The notes under the pieces are model-generated. The model saw nothing but the letters and a program-made list of their open reading frames with translations. It ran no database searches and was not told the origin of the DNA. A stretch of 64,000 bases of DNA, from positions 7,423-71,422 of the forward strand of contig CAYTYC010000003.1 in assembly GCA_964442255.1 (NCBI GenBank), given 5' to 3'. The translations under genes were made by a program, and so were the position numbers. Source of the DNA: an uncultured archaeon (GTDB lineage: Archaea > Iainarchaeota > Iainarchaeia > Iainarchaeales > 1-14-0-10-31-34). Below are positions 19,360 through 30,132 of the stretch, piece by piece (within the stretch, counting starts at the first letter, position 1; each line of letters starts with the position of its first letter).

Positions 19360-19941
19360 TTAGTGACCACTGCCGGATTCTTTCCTGAATCCGGCAACAA
19401 CCCACTTCAATTTTTTTCGGTGTTTTACGCCCAAATATATCCCGTAATAAGGAACTGTCATAAGGGCTGCCTGCCCTTGCGCCAGTTTTTTGATTGCCCA
19501 CCGGCCATATTTTTTTCTCAAAGCCAGGGCGCCGGTTGCCCCAAGCACTGCGCCAATTGCAATTTCAGGGTTATCGGCAATCCTTGCAGCCATCCTGTCC
19601 AGGGTGGGGTTATTAAGATTTACAATCCACGTATTAACGTGTTGCACGCCGGCTCCAAGAGTTTTACCGATAATCTTTCCTTCAAGCGGCAGTAATGCGT
19701 ATTTGTTCCACATCTCCACAGGCCAAGCGGCTACTTTCACTCCTACTTGGGCTGCTTCGGGAAGCTTAGCCATCCCTTTAGTAAGCCCGGCTTCTGCAAG
19801 CTCAGCCAGACGAACGGCTTTAAATCCTGCCATTGACCCGGCCAGTGCCCCAACAGAACCAGCTGTAACCTTACCAGTCAGGCGTTTTTTGAGGTCAGTT
19901 CCAACTCCCCCCGCCTTTTTAGGTGATTTATGCCCCGCCAT
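19360..19941 (-). CDS. hypothetical protein with hydrophobic segments
   Basis: SD GGAGGG before ATG 19941; convergent with tRNA-Asn. Confidence 0.6.
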   Translation of the reverse strand: MAGHKSPKKAGGVGTDLKKRLTGKVTAGSVGALAGSMAGFKAVRLAELAEAGLTKGMAKLPEAAQVGVKVAAWPVEMWNKYALLPLEGKIIGKTLGAGVQHVNTWIVNLNNPTLDRMAARIADNPEIAIGAVLGATGALALRKKYGRWAIKKLAQGQAALMTVPYYGIYLGVKHRKKLKWVVAGFRKESGSGH

Positions 19942-20121
19942 GAAGTATCCCTCCTGAGAAAACATGGCACTAAGTCCTTAATATGCTTTTTTCTTGACAG
20001 GAAATGTGCCCCTCCAAAAGGATTTAAAAACATCCAGCCTTCTATCTTTTTGGCTTTAGGGAAAAAGGCTTCAGTCTGCCCGGATTGGGGCCTGAATGCC
20101 CTTGAAAGCGGAGGTGAAAGA

Positions 20122-21078
20122 GTGGGCGAAAAAACGCTTAAAATCAAGACAATTGAGGATTTGCCTGGAATTGGCAGCGGGGCAGCCGAAAAGCTTCGCG
20201 CGGCAGGCTACAGGGAACTGGAAAACATTGCGACTGCTTCTCCCATGGAATTAAATGAAATAGCCGGTTTGGGCGACGGCACGGCCGCAAAAGCCGTGAA
20301 AGCCGCAAGGGAAGCAATGGACATGGGATTTGAACCCGCGGACCTGCTTGCGGAAAGAAGAAAAACACTGGGAAGGCTTACAACAGGCTCAAAGGAACTC
20401 GATGAATTGCTTGGCGGGGGAATTGAAACGCAAAGCATAACCGAATGCTACGGAAAATTTGCCTCGGGAAAAACCCAGGTGTGCTTTCAGGTTGCGGTCA
20501 CAAGCCAGCTTCCGCCAGATAAGGGGGGTTTGGGGGGAAACGTGATGTACATTGACTCCGAAAACTCGTTCAGGCCGGAAAGGATTACGGCAATAGCGGA
20601 GCACCACGGTCTGGACCCCTCAAAGGTTTTGAAGAACATTTTTGTTGCGCGCGCATACAACGCCGACCACCAGATGCTTTTGGCGGAGAAAGCGGCAGAA
20701 ATGCTTAAAGAAAAGAAAATAAAACTGGTCATAGTGGATTCCCTTACCTCCCTTTTCAGGACAGAGTACCTGGGAAGGGGAAAGCTTGCGGACAGGCAGC
20801 AGCAGCTGGGAAAGCACATGAGGGTTTTAATGAAGATGGCTGAAATGAATAATATCGCAGTATTGGTGACAAACCAGGTGATGCAGAGGCCCGACATTTT
20901 GTTCGGAGACCCCACTGCACCCATTGGGGGAGAAATTGTGGCGCACAGCAGCAAAACCCGGCTATACTTGAGGAAAAGCAAAGAAGACAAGAGGGTTGCA
21001 AAGCTTGTGGACTCGCCTTCCCTTCCGGACGGGGAAGCATTGTTCAGGGTGACAACAAACGGGCTGGAGGACGTTTGA
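20122..21078 (+). CDS. radA: DNA repair and recombination protein RadA
   Basis: HhH IEDLPGIG, Walker [22 protein letters not shown] and VTNQV; SD GGAGGTGA before GTG 20122. Confidence 0.96.
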   Translation: MGEKTLKIKTIEDLPGIGSGAAEKLRAAGYRELENIATASPMELNEIAGLGDGTAAKAVKAAREAMDMGFEPADLLAERRKTLGRLTTGSKELDELLGGGIETQSITECYGKFASGKTQVCFQVAVTSQLPPDKGGLGGNVMYIDSENSFRPERITAIAEHHGLDPSKVLKNIFVARAYNADHQMLLAEKAAEMLKEKKIKLVIVDSLTSLFRTEYLGRGKLADRQQQLGKHMRVLMKMAEMNNIAVLVTNQVMQRPDILFGDPTAPIGGEIVAHSSKTRLYLRKSKEDKRVAKLVDSPSLPDGEALFRVTTNGLEDV

Positions 21079-21087
21079 ATGCGTCCT

Positions 21088-22686
21088 TTAGCCTAACAGG
21101 AACCGGGAGGCAAGAATGAAAACAGCTATAAGCACACCCACAAAACCTTCCCCCCCAATAAGGCCTGCCGCCATCAGCCTGCCTTTCTCCGTGAATTTTC
21201 TCCGGTCAGCAAACAAACGGATTAACCCCCCAAGGAACAGGGGAAAAGAGAGCTCAACCGGAACGTAAACGCCTATCCCAAACGCAACAGGAAGGATTCC
21301 AAGGCGGAGAAAGGTTGTGATAAGGGTCAGGGTAAACCCAAGGACCGCGCCGACTGCAAGCATGGTTTCAAGCGTTTCCGCCCCCGCGATTTCGCCTATC
21401 GCAACCGCCTGAGGGGCAGGCAGCTCAATCCCACCGATTCCGTAAACCGTGTTAAGGGAAACAAGCACAAGGCCCAAAACAAGGGAGGCGGCAATTACTC
21501 CCGTGAACTGCGCAATTAACTGGTGGCGGGGATTTGTGCGGAGCAAAAAGCCTGCTTTCAGGTCCTGCATGAAGTCCCCCGCAATTCCCGCGGCAATGCA
21601 AACAACGGCTGCAAGGATTATCAGGAAAATTGCGTTGAATCCCAGGAAAATTTTAGCCGCGATAAGGACAATCATCGCAAAGATTTCCATCGGGTCAACG
21701 TTCATTTCACCGGTTACACGGGCGCCAACATAAGCCATCAGGAACGCGCCGAGTATTGCGATAACTGAAAGGGCAAGGTTCATTTCAGTTATTATTGTGA
21801 GGAGGGCGACAAGGACTATTACGGCCAGGCCAAAAAAACGGTTGAAGCCGGCCTTTTCTTTCCTGAAGCCACGGAACATTTTCGCGAAAGCCGGGATTCC
21901 CTTCAGCAAAAAGTATGCGATTGCCGCCCCTATAACAATTCCAATCCCCAATGGTTTGGTGAATTGCACCATTGCGAGGGCCTTTTCCCCAAAAATGCCT
22001 GCGGAAACAAGGTAAGGAATCAGGAGAAAATAGCTTGCGATTGCGCCCAAAAACCATGCGCCGGTAAAGCGCGGGCCAATAAGGTAGCCTCCCGCCAGAG
22101 AAACCAAGGAAATGCCTGCGCCAAAGGAAAAAAGCTTTGCGGCCTGCAGTTTTAGGAGGTCAATGTTCCAGAAATGGGGGATAAGCTCGAGGTAGTCACG
22201 GAGGAAGCTGAAAACCGCCCCGACCCCAAACATCGCCATTACGGTTTTTATTTTTTTCCCGCCTTCATCGCCTGCCATGATTATTGCCGCTGCGGCTGTT
22301 CCATCCGGGTAAGGGAGCTGTTCCCTTTCAATCATCTCTTTGCGCAAAGGAACGCTGAAAATTATTCCCGCAATTCCGCCAACCAAGGAAATAAACATTA
22401 TTTCCGGCACTGAAATGTCAAATCCCAGCACCCAGATTGCAGGAATAGTGAAAATTATTCCCGCCGCAAGAAGTCCGCCCGCACTGGCGGCGGTTTGGGC
22501 GACATTTATTTCGTTGTTGTTAGTGTTCCGCAAAAGGGTAAGCAAAGCCATTGCAAGAATTGAGGTAGTTATGATGGGCCAGTAAACTCCCCCAATCTTC
22601 AGGCCCAAAAAAGCGGAATACATTGAAACGATTATGGAAAGCATTGCGCCGACAAAAAGCGCGCGGAAAGTAAGGGATGAAGGCAT
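21088..22686 (-). CDS. OPT/YSL family oligopeptide transporter
   Basis: LPYPDGTA, FMQDLKAGFLL and LPAPQA motifs; many TM segments. Confidence 0.9.
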   Translation of the reverse strand: MPSSLTFRALFVGAMLSIIVSMYSAFLGLKIGGVYWPIITTSILAMALLTLLRNTNNNEINVAQTAASAGGLLAAGIIFTIPAIWVLGFDISVPEIMFISLVGGIAGIIFSVPLRKEMIEREQLPYPDGTAAAAIIMAGDEGGKKIKTVMAMFGVGAVFSFLRDYLELIPHFWNIDLLKLQAAKLFSFGAGISLVSLAGGYLIGPRFTGAWFLGAIASYFLLIPYLVSAGIFGEKALAMVQFTKPLGIGIVIGAAIAYFLLKGIPAFAKMFRGFRKEKAGFNRFFGLAVIVLVALLTIITEMNLALSVIAILGAFLMAYVGARVTGEMNVDPMEIFAMIVLIAAKIFLGFNAIFLIILAAVVCIAAGIAGDFMQDLKAGFLLRTNPRHQLIAQFTGVIAASLVLGLVLVSLNTVYGIGGIELPAPQAVAIGEIAGAETLETMLAVGAVLGFTLTLITTFLRLGILPVAFGIGVYVPVELSFPLFLGGLIRLFADRRKFTEKGRLMAAGLIGGEGFVGVLIAVFILASRFLLG

Positions 22687-22756
22687 TTCAGGGAACTATG
22701 CGGAAAAGGTAATAAAAAGCTAAAGGTAAAAAAAAAAGTGTGGCAACATTTTTTTT

Positions 22757-23302
22757 TTAGATTGTCTTCAAAAGGTCGGATTTTGTTATTAAGCCCACAA
22801 GCCTTCCTTTTTCCTGCACAAGGAGGAGGGAATAATATGAAAGCATGTCCGCCATAACCTTTAGGGGGGTTTCCTTTGAGATTAAAGGAAAGGCTTCGCC
22901 CATTACTTTCCTGGTTTCTATGGCTTTAAGCAAAACATCCTCGGAAAGCTTTTGGCTCAAAATCCTGTCAGAAATGCTTCCCACACAAATCCCTGAGTCA
23001 ATCACCGGAAGCTGGGAAATGTTTTTTCGGTTCATGAGCTGGACTGCTTTCCTTACTTTTTCATTGCTTGAAACCGAAAAAATTTTTTTGGCCATAATGT
23101 CTGCCGCCTTCACCGATTCCTTCTGATCAAGGGAGGAAAGGACGGAAAAGACTTCCTTCACCTTGCTGTAGGAAACATCCACCTTGCCTGACTCAAGCTT
23201 TGCGAGAAGGGACTGGGACAATCCCGACTGGCGGGCAAGCTGGGACTGGGTCAGGCCGAACTGCTTCCTTTTCTGGCGGATTTCCTTTGCTTCCGGAAAC
23301 AT
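22757..23302 (-). CDS. Cro/C1 HTH plus CBS-pair transcriptional regulator
   Basis: GLTQSQLARQSGLSQS HTH followed by two CBS domains. Confidence 0.92.
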   Translation of the reverse strand: MFPEAKEIRQKRKQFGLTQSQLARQSGLSQSLLAKLESGKVDVSYSKVKEVFSVLSSLDQKESVKAADIMAKKIFSVSSNEKVRKAVQLMNRKNISQLPVIDSGICVGSISDRILSQKLSEDVLLKAIETRKVMGEAFPLISKETPLKVMADMLSYYSLLLVQEKGRLVGLITKSDLLKTI

Positions 23303-23388
23303 AAGAAAAATGCGCGGGAAAAGGCTTTTATTCTTATTTGAATAATTCTTTCAAAAAATATTATTATTGCGCTGGATTGACTGAATTT

Positions 23389-25749
23389 ATGGGTGAAGGG
23401 TTTTTTGAGGAAATTGAAAGAAGGGCCCTGGTGGTGGACGGGGCAATGGGCTCCCTTCTCCAGAGGATTGGGGTTAAAAAAGGGGTTTGCGCCGAGCAGC
23501 TGAACCTTTCCTCCCCAAACATCGTTAAGTCAATCCATCTCCAGTACGTTGAGCAGGGCGCGGACATTGTGACAACCAACACCTTCCGCGGGAACGGGCT
23601 CAGCCTCAGGGAATTCGGCCTGGAAAAGAGTGTTGGAAAAATAAACTCACGGGCGGTTGAAATCGCAAGGGAAGCCGCGGGGAAAGAAAGGTTTGTTTTC
23701 GGGGATGTGGGGCCGCTGGATGATTTCGTGGAGCCGTGGGGAAAAATAGGGTTTGAGGACGCGGTAAGCGCCTTCAGGGGGCAGATTAAGGCGCTGGGGA
23801 AGGCTGACGCAATACTGATTGAAACAATGGCTGACATTAAAATGGCGAAAGCCGCGGTTATCGGGGCAAAGGAGTCAACGCAAAAGCCGGTTGTTTGCTC
23901 AATGGCTTTTGATGGGGAAAGGACTTCAACAGGGACTGATGCTGTCGGGGCTGCAACAATTTTGGGGGGGCTGGGGGCAGAGGTTTTGGGCCTGAACTGC
24001 GGATGCCCCCCAAAAGAGCTTATGCCTGCGGCAAAAAAGCTTTCGGAGTCAACAAACCTTCCTTTATGGGTTTGCCCTAATGCGGGGGTTCCGGAATACA
24101 GGGGAAACGGTTTTTTGAAGGAATACTACGCAAACGAATTCACTTACTTCAGCCAAAAATTCCTTAAGCTTGGGTTTAATTTTATTGGAAGCTGCTGCGG
24201 CTCCACTCCACTTTACACCAGGACAATAAAGTCTGCCGTGGCGGGGCTTGTTCCGGTTAAAAGATCACACCCTATTTCTTTGAGGGCCAGCTCCCGGGCA
24301 AAAACCGTTTCCTTCACCAGGCCTGTTGCAATTGGGGAATGCATTAACCCTGCAAACAGGAAAAAACTGGCTTCAGAGATAAGGGAAAAGAAAACGGATT
24401 TCATTAAGGGGCTTGCCATAAAACAGCAGGCAGCGGGGGCGGAAGTTTTGGATGTGTGCGTAAGCGCAGCCCAAACCGGGGGGCTTTCCCTGGCGGAAGC
24501 TGTGGAGGCCGTGGAAAAGGTTTCAAGCCTTCCGGTTTCACTGGATGAAGTGGATGCGGAAGAATTGGAGAAGGCACTGAGAAACTGCGCGGGAAGGCCC
24601 ATAATTAATTCAGTTAACGGGTCCAGGGAAAGCATGGAAAAAATTTTGCCCCTTGCGAAAAAATACGGAGCCGCGGTGGTGGGTCTTACGCTGGATGAAA
24701 AAGGGATACCGGAGACAGCGGAGGGGCGGAAAAAAATAGCCGAAAAAATAATTGAAAGGGCGGAAAGGGAAGGAATAAGGAAAGATGACCTGCTGATTGA
24801 CTGCATTGTTTCAACCGCGGCCGCAGAAAAAGGAAAGGCAAAGGTGACGCTTGAGGCCGTGGAAAAGGTCAAAGAAATGGGGGCTAAAACAATTCTTGGA
24901 ATAAGCAACATTTCACTCGGGCTTCCGGGAAGGAAAGAATTGAATGTAAGCTTTTTGTGCCAGGCTTTGGGGAAAGGGCTTGATGCCGCAATAATAAACC
25001 CGCTGGAGGAAAGCAATATCCAGGCTTTGCAGGGGTTTGAAGAATTTGAAACGCAGGATTTGGATGGCCTTGTCAAGCAGCTTACTTCAGTTGAAAAACG
25101 GGAGATTTCAAAAAGCCTTCCATTGGGGGAGCAACTCAAAGAGGCCGTTGTTTTCGGGCTGGAGGAAGGCATTCTTCCGATTGTGGAAAATGCACTGGAA
25201 AAGGAGGCCCCGCTTAAGGTCAACGGCTTCCTTGTGGAGGGAATGAAAGAAGTCGGGAAAAAGTTCGAAAAAAAGGAGTTTTTTCTCCCCAACGTTCTGC
25301 TTAGTGCGGGGACAATGAAAATCGCCTTCACCAAGGTAAAGGAAAAAATCGCGAAAGAAAGCGGCGAAAAGGGCTTCACCATCGTTTTCGCGACAGTGAA
25401 GCATGATGTGCACGATCTGGGAAAAAACATTGTGATTGCGTTGCTGGAAAGCTTTGGATACTGGGTGGTTGACCTTGGAAAAAACGTGGACGAAAAAAGG
25501 ATTGCCGGGGAGGCAAAAAGGCATTCAGCGGACTTGGTTTGCTTGTCTGCATTAATGACGACAACAATGGAGGAAATGCGGGAAGTGAAAAAGGAACTGG
25601 CGGAACAAGGGGTGAAGGCGCCGCTGATGGTCGGGGGCGCGGTTGTGAACAGTGAATTCGCGGAAGAAATAGGGGCAATATACGGGAAAGACGCGCTGGA
25701 GGCGGTGAAAAAAGTAAAGGAATGCATTAACGCTGCGGGAGGAAAATAG
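23389..25749 (+). CDS. metH: cobalamin-dependent methionine synthase lacking the AdoMet reactivation domain
   Basis: DGAMG, GLNC and GSCCG homocysteine domain; INSVNG pterin domain; DVHDLGKN and SALMTTT B12 domain at the C-terminus. Confidence 0.9.
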   Translation: MGEGFFEEIERRALVVDGAMGSLLQRIGVKKGVCAEQLNLSSPNIVKSIHLQYVEQGADIVTTNTFRGNGLSLREFGLEKSVGKINSRAVEIAREAAGKERFVFGDVGPLDDFVEPWGKIGFEDAVSAFRGQIKALGKADAILIETMADIKMAKAAVIGAKESTQKPVVCSMAFDGERTSTGTDAVGAATILGGLGAEVLGLNCGCPPKELMPAAKKLSESTNLPLWVCPNAGVPEYRGNGFLKEYYANEFTYFSQKFLKLGFNFIGSCCGSTPLYTRTIKSAVAGLVPVKRSHPISLRASSRAKTVSFTRPVAIGECINPANRKKLASEIREKKTDFIKGLAIKQQAAGAEVLDVCVSAAQTGGLSLAEAVEAVEKVSSLPVSLDEVDAEELEKALRNCAGRPIINSVNGSRESMEKILPLAKKYGAAVVGLTLDEKGIPETAEGRKKIAEKIIERAEREGIRKDDLLIDCIVSTAAAEKGKAKVTLEAVEKVKEMGAKTILGISNISLGLPGRKELNVSFLCQALGKGLDAAIINPLEESNIQALQGFEEFETQDLDGLVKQLTSVEKREISKSLPLGEQLKEAVVFGLEEGILPIVENALEKEAPLKVNGFLVEGMKEVGKKFEKKEFFLPNVLLSAGTMKIAFTKVKEKIAKESGEKGFTIVFATVKHDVHDLGKNIVIALLESFGYWVVDLGKNVDEKRIAGEAKRHSADLVCLSALMTTTMEEMREVKKELAEQGVKAPLMVGGAVVNSEFAEEIGAIYGKDALEAVKKVKECINAAGGK

Positions 25750-25750
25750 A

Positions 25751-26599
25751 ATGGTTCTTAGGGAAAAACTGGGAAAAGGAAAATTTGTTTTCACCTCGGA
25801 AATAGGGGTGCACAAGGGATCTGACTTAAGGGAAACAGTGGAGGAAGCCAAAAGGCTCTCTGAATTCTGCGACGCCGTGAATGTCCCGGACAATCCGAGG
25901 GCAGTGGGAAAGATTTCCCCAGGCGGCGTGTGCCATTTTCTGGAAAGCAAAGGAATAGAGACAATAATGCACCTCACCTGCAGGGACAGGAACTCCCTTG
26001 CCCTGCAGTCCGAGCTGCTTTCCGCGCACGCCCTCGGCGTAAGGAACGTGCTTGCCCTTACAGGGGATAAGGTGAAGGAAGGCGACAGCCCGTTTTCAAG
26101 GGAGGTTTTTGAACTGGATTCCCTGAAACTTGTGGAATTAATTGCCGGGCTGAATTCCGGAAAGGATTTCAACGGAAACGGGCTGGAAGGAAACACCGAA
26201 TTTTTCATTGGAAGCGGAATGAATGCCGTTGCTGCAGCCAAGGACATTCACTCCGCGGTAAAAAAAATAGTTTCAGGGGCAGACTTTTTCCAGACACAAA
26301 TTTTTTACGGGGCGGAGGAGTTTTTTGCATTAACCGGGGAATTCAAGCCCTTCAATGCAAAAATTCTTGCAGGAATAATGCCTTTAAAGTCCGCGAAAAT
26401 GGCGAGGTTTTTGAATGAAAAGGTTCCCGGGGTGAACGTGCCGGAAGAAATAATCAAAAGGATGGGTTCCTCTGCAAACCCTGAAAAAGAGGGGATTGAA
26501 ATCGCAGGGGAATTGATTGAAGAGATTAAGAAAAACTGCGCAGGAATCCATTTGATGCCTTTGGGAAATTCTGAAGCGGCAAAGGAACTGGTTTTTTAG
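25751..26599 (+). CDS. metF: methylenetetrahydrofolate reductase
   Basis: HLTCRDRN, LALTGD and GADFFQTQ motifs; directly after metH. Confidence 0.92.
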   Translation: MVLREKLGKGKFVFTSEIGVHKGSDLRETVEEAKRLSEFCDAVNVPDNPRAVGKISPGGVCHFLESKGIETIMHLTCRDRNSLALQSELLSAHALGVRNVLALTGDKVKEGDSPFSREVFELDSLKLVELIAGLNSGKDFNGNGLEGNTEFFIGSGMNAVAAAKDIHSAVKKIVSGADFFQTQIFYGAEEFFALTGEFKPFNAKILAGIMPLKSAKMARFLNEKVPGVNVPEEIIKRMGSSANPEKEGIEIAGELIEEIKKNCAGIHLMPLGNSEAAKELVF

Positions 26600-27750
26600 G
26601 GAAAGGATTTGCAGAATTCTTCAAAAAGATTCATTCCTTCCTCCAAATCCCGCATTGACGAGGCATAGCTTATCCTCAAGAAGCCTTCTGCCCCAAAAGC
26701 AGGGCCGGGAACAGCCAAAACCTTTTTCTCTTCCACGAGTTTCCTGCAGAATTCCGCCGAATCAACGCTTAAGGCGGAAATGTCGGGAAAAGCGTAGAAG
26801 GCCCCTTTTGGCTCGGCGCATTTTATTCCCGGAATTCCGTTAAGTTTTTTTACCACAAATTTTCTTCTCTTTGCGAATTCTTTCACCATTTTTTTCACCG
26901 AATCCTGCGGGCCTGTTAGCGCCTCCAAAGCCGCAACCTGCGCAACCGCGCACGGGCAGGAAGTGGTTTGGCCCTGAATATTGGAAAGCGCCTTTGCTAT
27001 CTCCTGGCTTGCCCCAATATATCCCACCCGGTAGCCGGTCATTGCGTAAGTTTTTGAAACCGCGTTAACCGTGATTGTGAGTTCACGGGTTTCTTTTCCG
27101 AGGGACGCGATGCTGCAGTGCTCAAAACCGTCAAAAACCATTTTCTCGTAAACCTCATCTGAAATAATTAAATAATTTTTTTCCGCCGCGTCCTCCGCAA
27201 TTTTCCCGAGCTCTTCCTTTGAATAAACCATTCCTGTCGGGTTGGAAGGGGAGTTAAGCAGCAGGGCCTTGGTTTTATCAGAGGTTTTTGATGCAATTTC
27301 ATTCGGGGAGGGCTTAATGCTTTCCCCGCGGACCAACACAGGCTTTGCGGAAACAAGCTTAACCATTTCCCCGTAACTCACCCAGTAAGGCACAGGAATT
27401 GCGACTTCTTCACCCGGATTGCACAATGCAGTGAGTGTGTTGAAAATTGAGTGCTTTGCGCCGTTGGAAACAACGATTTCTTCCGGCGCGTAATCCAAAC
27501 CATTTTCTTTCCTGAATTTTTCCGAAACCGCTTTCCTTAACCCGGGCATTCCAGCGCAGGCTGTGTAACGGGAAAAATTTTCTTTCACTGCGCGAATTGC
27601 GGCTTTTTTTATGTTTTCAGGAGTGTTAAAGTCTGGCTCTCCTGCTGAAAAGTTGTAGACCTTCTCGCCCCTTGCCTTAAGCTCTTTAGCCATCGCGTTT
27701 ATCGAGAGGGTTGCGGAAGGCGCAATATTTCTGGCTTTATCTGAAAGCAT
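26596..27750 (-). CDS. class I/II aminotransferase, aspartate aminotransferase-like
   Basis: GEPDF, NSPSNPTG, SDEVY and SKTYAMTGYRVG motifs. Confidence 0.92.
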   Translation of the reverse strand: MLSDKARNIAPSATLSINAMAKELKARGEKVYNFSAGEPDFNTPENIKKAAIRAVKENFSRYTACAGMPGLRKAVSEKFRKENGLDYAPEEIVVSNGAKHSIFNTLTALCNPGEEVAIPVPYWVSYGEMVKLVSAKPVLVRGESIKPSPNEIASKTSDKTKALLLNSPSNPTGMVYSKEELGKIAEDAAEKNYLIISDEVYEKMVFDGFEHCSIASLGKETRELTITVNAVSKTYAMTGYRVGYIGASQEIAKALSNIQGQTTSCPCAVAQVAALEALTGPQDSVKKMVKEFAKRRKFVVKKLNGIPGIKCAEPKGAFYAFPDISALSVDSAEFCRKLVEEKKVLAVPGPAFGAEGFLRISYASSMRDLEEGMNLFEEFCKSFP

Positions 27751-27810
27751 AAAAAAATAGGAAAAAGAAAAGGGTTAAAATTGGTTGCCTTTCAGGGATA
27801 AAAGCCCGCA

Positions 27811-28842
27811 TCAGGGGAACATGACTATTTTTCCGCATTCCCCTGAGGCCATCAACTCAAAGCCTTTCTCGAACTCCTCAAGCTTTATTTTGTGGGTGAT
27901 AATGGGGTCAACATTCACTTTTCCTGACTTCAGGAGCTCGGCTGTCTTCTCCCATGAACCCCAGATTTTTCTTCCGTTTATTCCGCGGATTGTGGCATAC
28001 TTGAAAACCACGTCATTGGACACGTCTATTTTCACGGGCCCGGGAAAAACCCCTAAAATTGATGCCCTTCCGCCGTCCCTCAAAAGCCTTAAGCCCTGGG
28101 TTAAGGCTTTCGCTTTTCCGCTCATTTCCAGCAAAACATCAACGCCTTTTCCGCGGGTTTCACTTAAAATTGCCTTGCTTGTTGGTTTTTCCTTAAGGGG
28201 GTCAAAGACAAAGTCAGCGCCGGCCTTTTCCGCGAGTTTTTGCCTGTATTCAACCGGCTCTTTAACAAAAATTTTTGATGCACCTTCAGCCCGGCATATT
28301 GCGATTGCAAAAAGGCCTATTGCCCCTGCCCCGGTTATAAGAACGTTTTTTCCTTTTATTTCCCCCGAAAAAACCGTGTGCACCGCGTTTCCAAACGGCT
28401 CCTGGATTGAGGCAATCTCCGGCGCAAGGCTTTTGTCGTTTTTCCACGCATTTTGCTTTGGTATAACAACATAATCCGCAAAGCCGCCGTCAATGTCCAC
28501 GCCCAAAATCTTCCTTTTTTCGCAGATGTGCGCGTTTCCTGTCCTGCACTGAAAGCATTTCCCGCAGTAAATGTGGGTTTCCGCGGAAATGAAGTCCCCT
28601 ATCTCAAGGTTTTCAACCTTTTCCCCTTTTTCCACAACGTCCCCGCACAATTCGTGGCCGAAAATCATGGGCGGCTTTATCCTTGATTCCGCCCATTTAT
28701 TCCACTGGAATATGTGGTCGTCTGTTCCGCAGATGGATGTGGCCTTGACTTTAACCAAAACATCGTTTGGCCCTGCCGCGGGTTTTTCAGCTTCGGAAAG
28801 TTCCGCCCCTGGGGCGGGCTTTTTTTTCATTAATGCCTTCAT
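27811..28842 (-). CDS. tdh: L-threonine 3-dehydrogenase
   Basis: SICGTD, GHE, AETHIYCGKCFQC and EPFGNAVHT; divergent from kbl. Confidence 0.95.
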   Translation of the reverse strand: MKALMKKKPAPGAELSEAEKPAAGPNDVLVKVKATSICGTDDHIFQWNKWAESRIKPPMIFGHELCGDVVEKGEKVENLEIGDFISAETHIYCGKCFQCRTGNAHICEKRKILGVDIDGGFADYVVIPKQNAWKNDKSLAPEIASIQEPFGNAVHTVFSGEIKGKNVLITGAGAIGLFAIAICRAEGASKIFVKEPVEYRQKLAEKAGADFVFDPLKEKPTSKAILSETRGKGVDVLLEMSGKAKALTQGLRLLRDGGRASILGVFPGPVKIDVSNDVVFKYATIRGINGRKIWGSWEKTAELLKSGKVNVDPIITHKIKLEEFEKGFELMASGECGKIVMFP

Positions 28843-28944
28843 TTTAACCGCAAAAAAATGAGTGTGAAAACAAAAACCGCTTAAATTTTGGACTGACTTC
28901 TTTATTTAAACATTTTCCCCGCCAATGTTTTAAAAGGTGATGAG

Positions 28945-30126
28945 ATGGGAAAACTGGATTACATGGCTGGGGCTGTGCAGGAATTACGGGAAAAAGGGCT
29001 TGACTGGAGGCATTACACCCTTGAAACGGCTTCTGTGCCCCATTGCAGGGTGAACGGAAAGGATGTGCTGATGCTGTGCTCAAACAATTACTTGGGTTTG
29101 GCGAACAACCCTAAACTAAAGGAAGCCGCAATAAGGGCGGTCGAGAAATACGGTGCGGGCTCGGGGTCTGTGCCGGCGATTGCGGGCTCAATGGACGTTC
29201 ATCTGGAACTGGAAAAAAGGCTTGCGAAATTCAAGGGAACCGAATCCGCGCTTGCCACACAGACAGGCTTTGCGGCAAACGCCGGGCTGATTCCACAGCT
29301 CGCGGTTAAAGGCGACCTGATTATTTCCGATGAATTGAACCACGGAAGCATTATTGACGGGGTACGGCTTTCAAAGGCGGAAAAGGCAATATACAAGCAC
29401 CTGGATATGGGGGATTTGGAAAGGGTTCTAAAGGAGGCGTCCGGGAAAGGCTATGAAAAAATAATTATTGCAACCGACGGTGTTTTCAGCATGGACGGGG
29501 ACATGGCGCCGCTGAAGGAAATCCACGGGCTTGCGGAGGAATCCAACGCAATTACGTTTGTTGATGACGCGCACGGAGACGGGGTGATGGGCGAAAGGGG
29601 AGAGGGAACAATCCACCACTTTGGGCTTCAGGGAAAAATTGATGCGGATATAGGGACTTTTTCAAAGGCTTTCGGGGTTTTTGGGGGATACGTTGCGGGA
29701 AGAAAGGCGCTGACGGACTTTGCTTTGAACAAGTCCCGCACCTGGCTGCTTTCAGCCTCGCATCCGCCAAGCATTCCTGCCGCATGCATTGCCTCAATTG
29801 ACATTCTGGAAAACGAGCCGCAGCATTTGAAAAATTTGTGGGACAACACAAAGTACTTCAAGAAAAGCCTGAAGGATTTGGGCTTTGACACCGGAATCAG
29901 TGAAACCCCGATTACCCCCGTAATTGTGGGGGAAAGCACTATCGCACAAAAGCTGAGTGAAAGGCTGTTTGAGGACGGCGTTTTTGCTTTGCCGATTGTT
30001 TACCCGATGGTTGCAAAGGAAAAGGCCCGCATCCGCACAATGATGAACGCCGCTTTAAGCAAAGAGGATTTGGATTTCGCGGTTGGAAAATTCGAAAAGC
30101 TCGGAAAAGAGCTGAAAATCATTTAA
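28945..30126 (+). CDS. kbl: glycine C-acetyltransferase
   Basis: SNNYLGL, LNHGSIIDG, DGVFSMDG, DDAHG and GTFSKA; paired with tdh. Confidence 0.9.
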   Translation: MGKLDYMAGAVQELREKGLDWRHYTLETASVPHCRVNGKDVLMLCSNNYLGLANNPKLKEAAIRAVEKYGAGSGSVPAIAGSMDVHLELEKRLAKFKGTESALATQTGFAANAGLIPQLAVKGDLIISDELNHGSIIDGVRLSKAEKAIYKHLDMGDLERVLKEASGKGYEKIIIATDGVFSMDGDMAPLKEIHGLAEESNAITFVDDAHGDGVMGERGEGTIHHFGLQGKIDADIGTFSKAFGVFGGYVAGRKALTDFALNKSRTWLLSASHPPSIPAACIASIDILENEPQHLKNLWDNTKYFKKSLKDLGFDTGISETPITPVIVGESTIAQKLSERLFEDGVFALPIVYPMVAKEKARIRTMMNAALSKEDLDFAVGKFEKLGKELKII

Positions 30127-30132
30127 TTTTTT

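Noticed and set aside
24213..25727. 504-aa antisense ORF and similar shadow ORFs
   Set aside because: They lie opposite well-supported genes and have the Ser/Phe-rich composition of reverse-complemented Lys/Glu codons.
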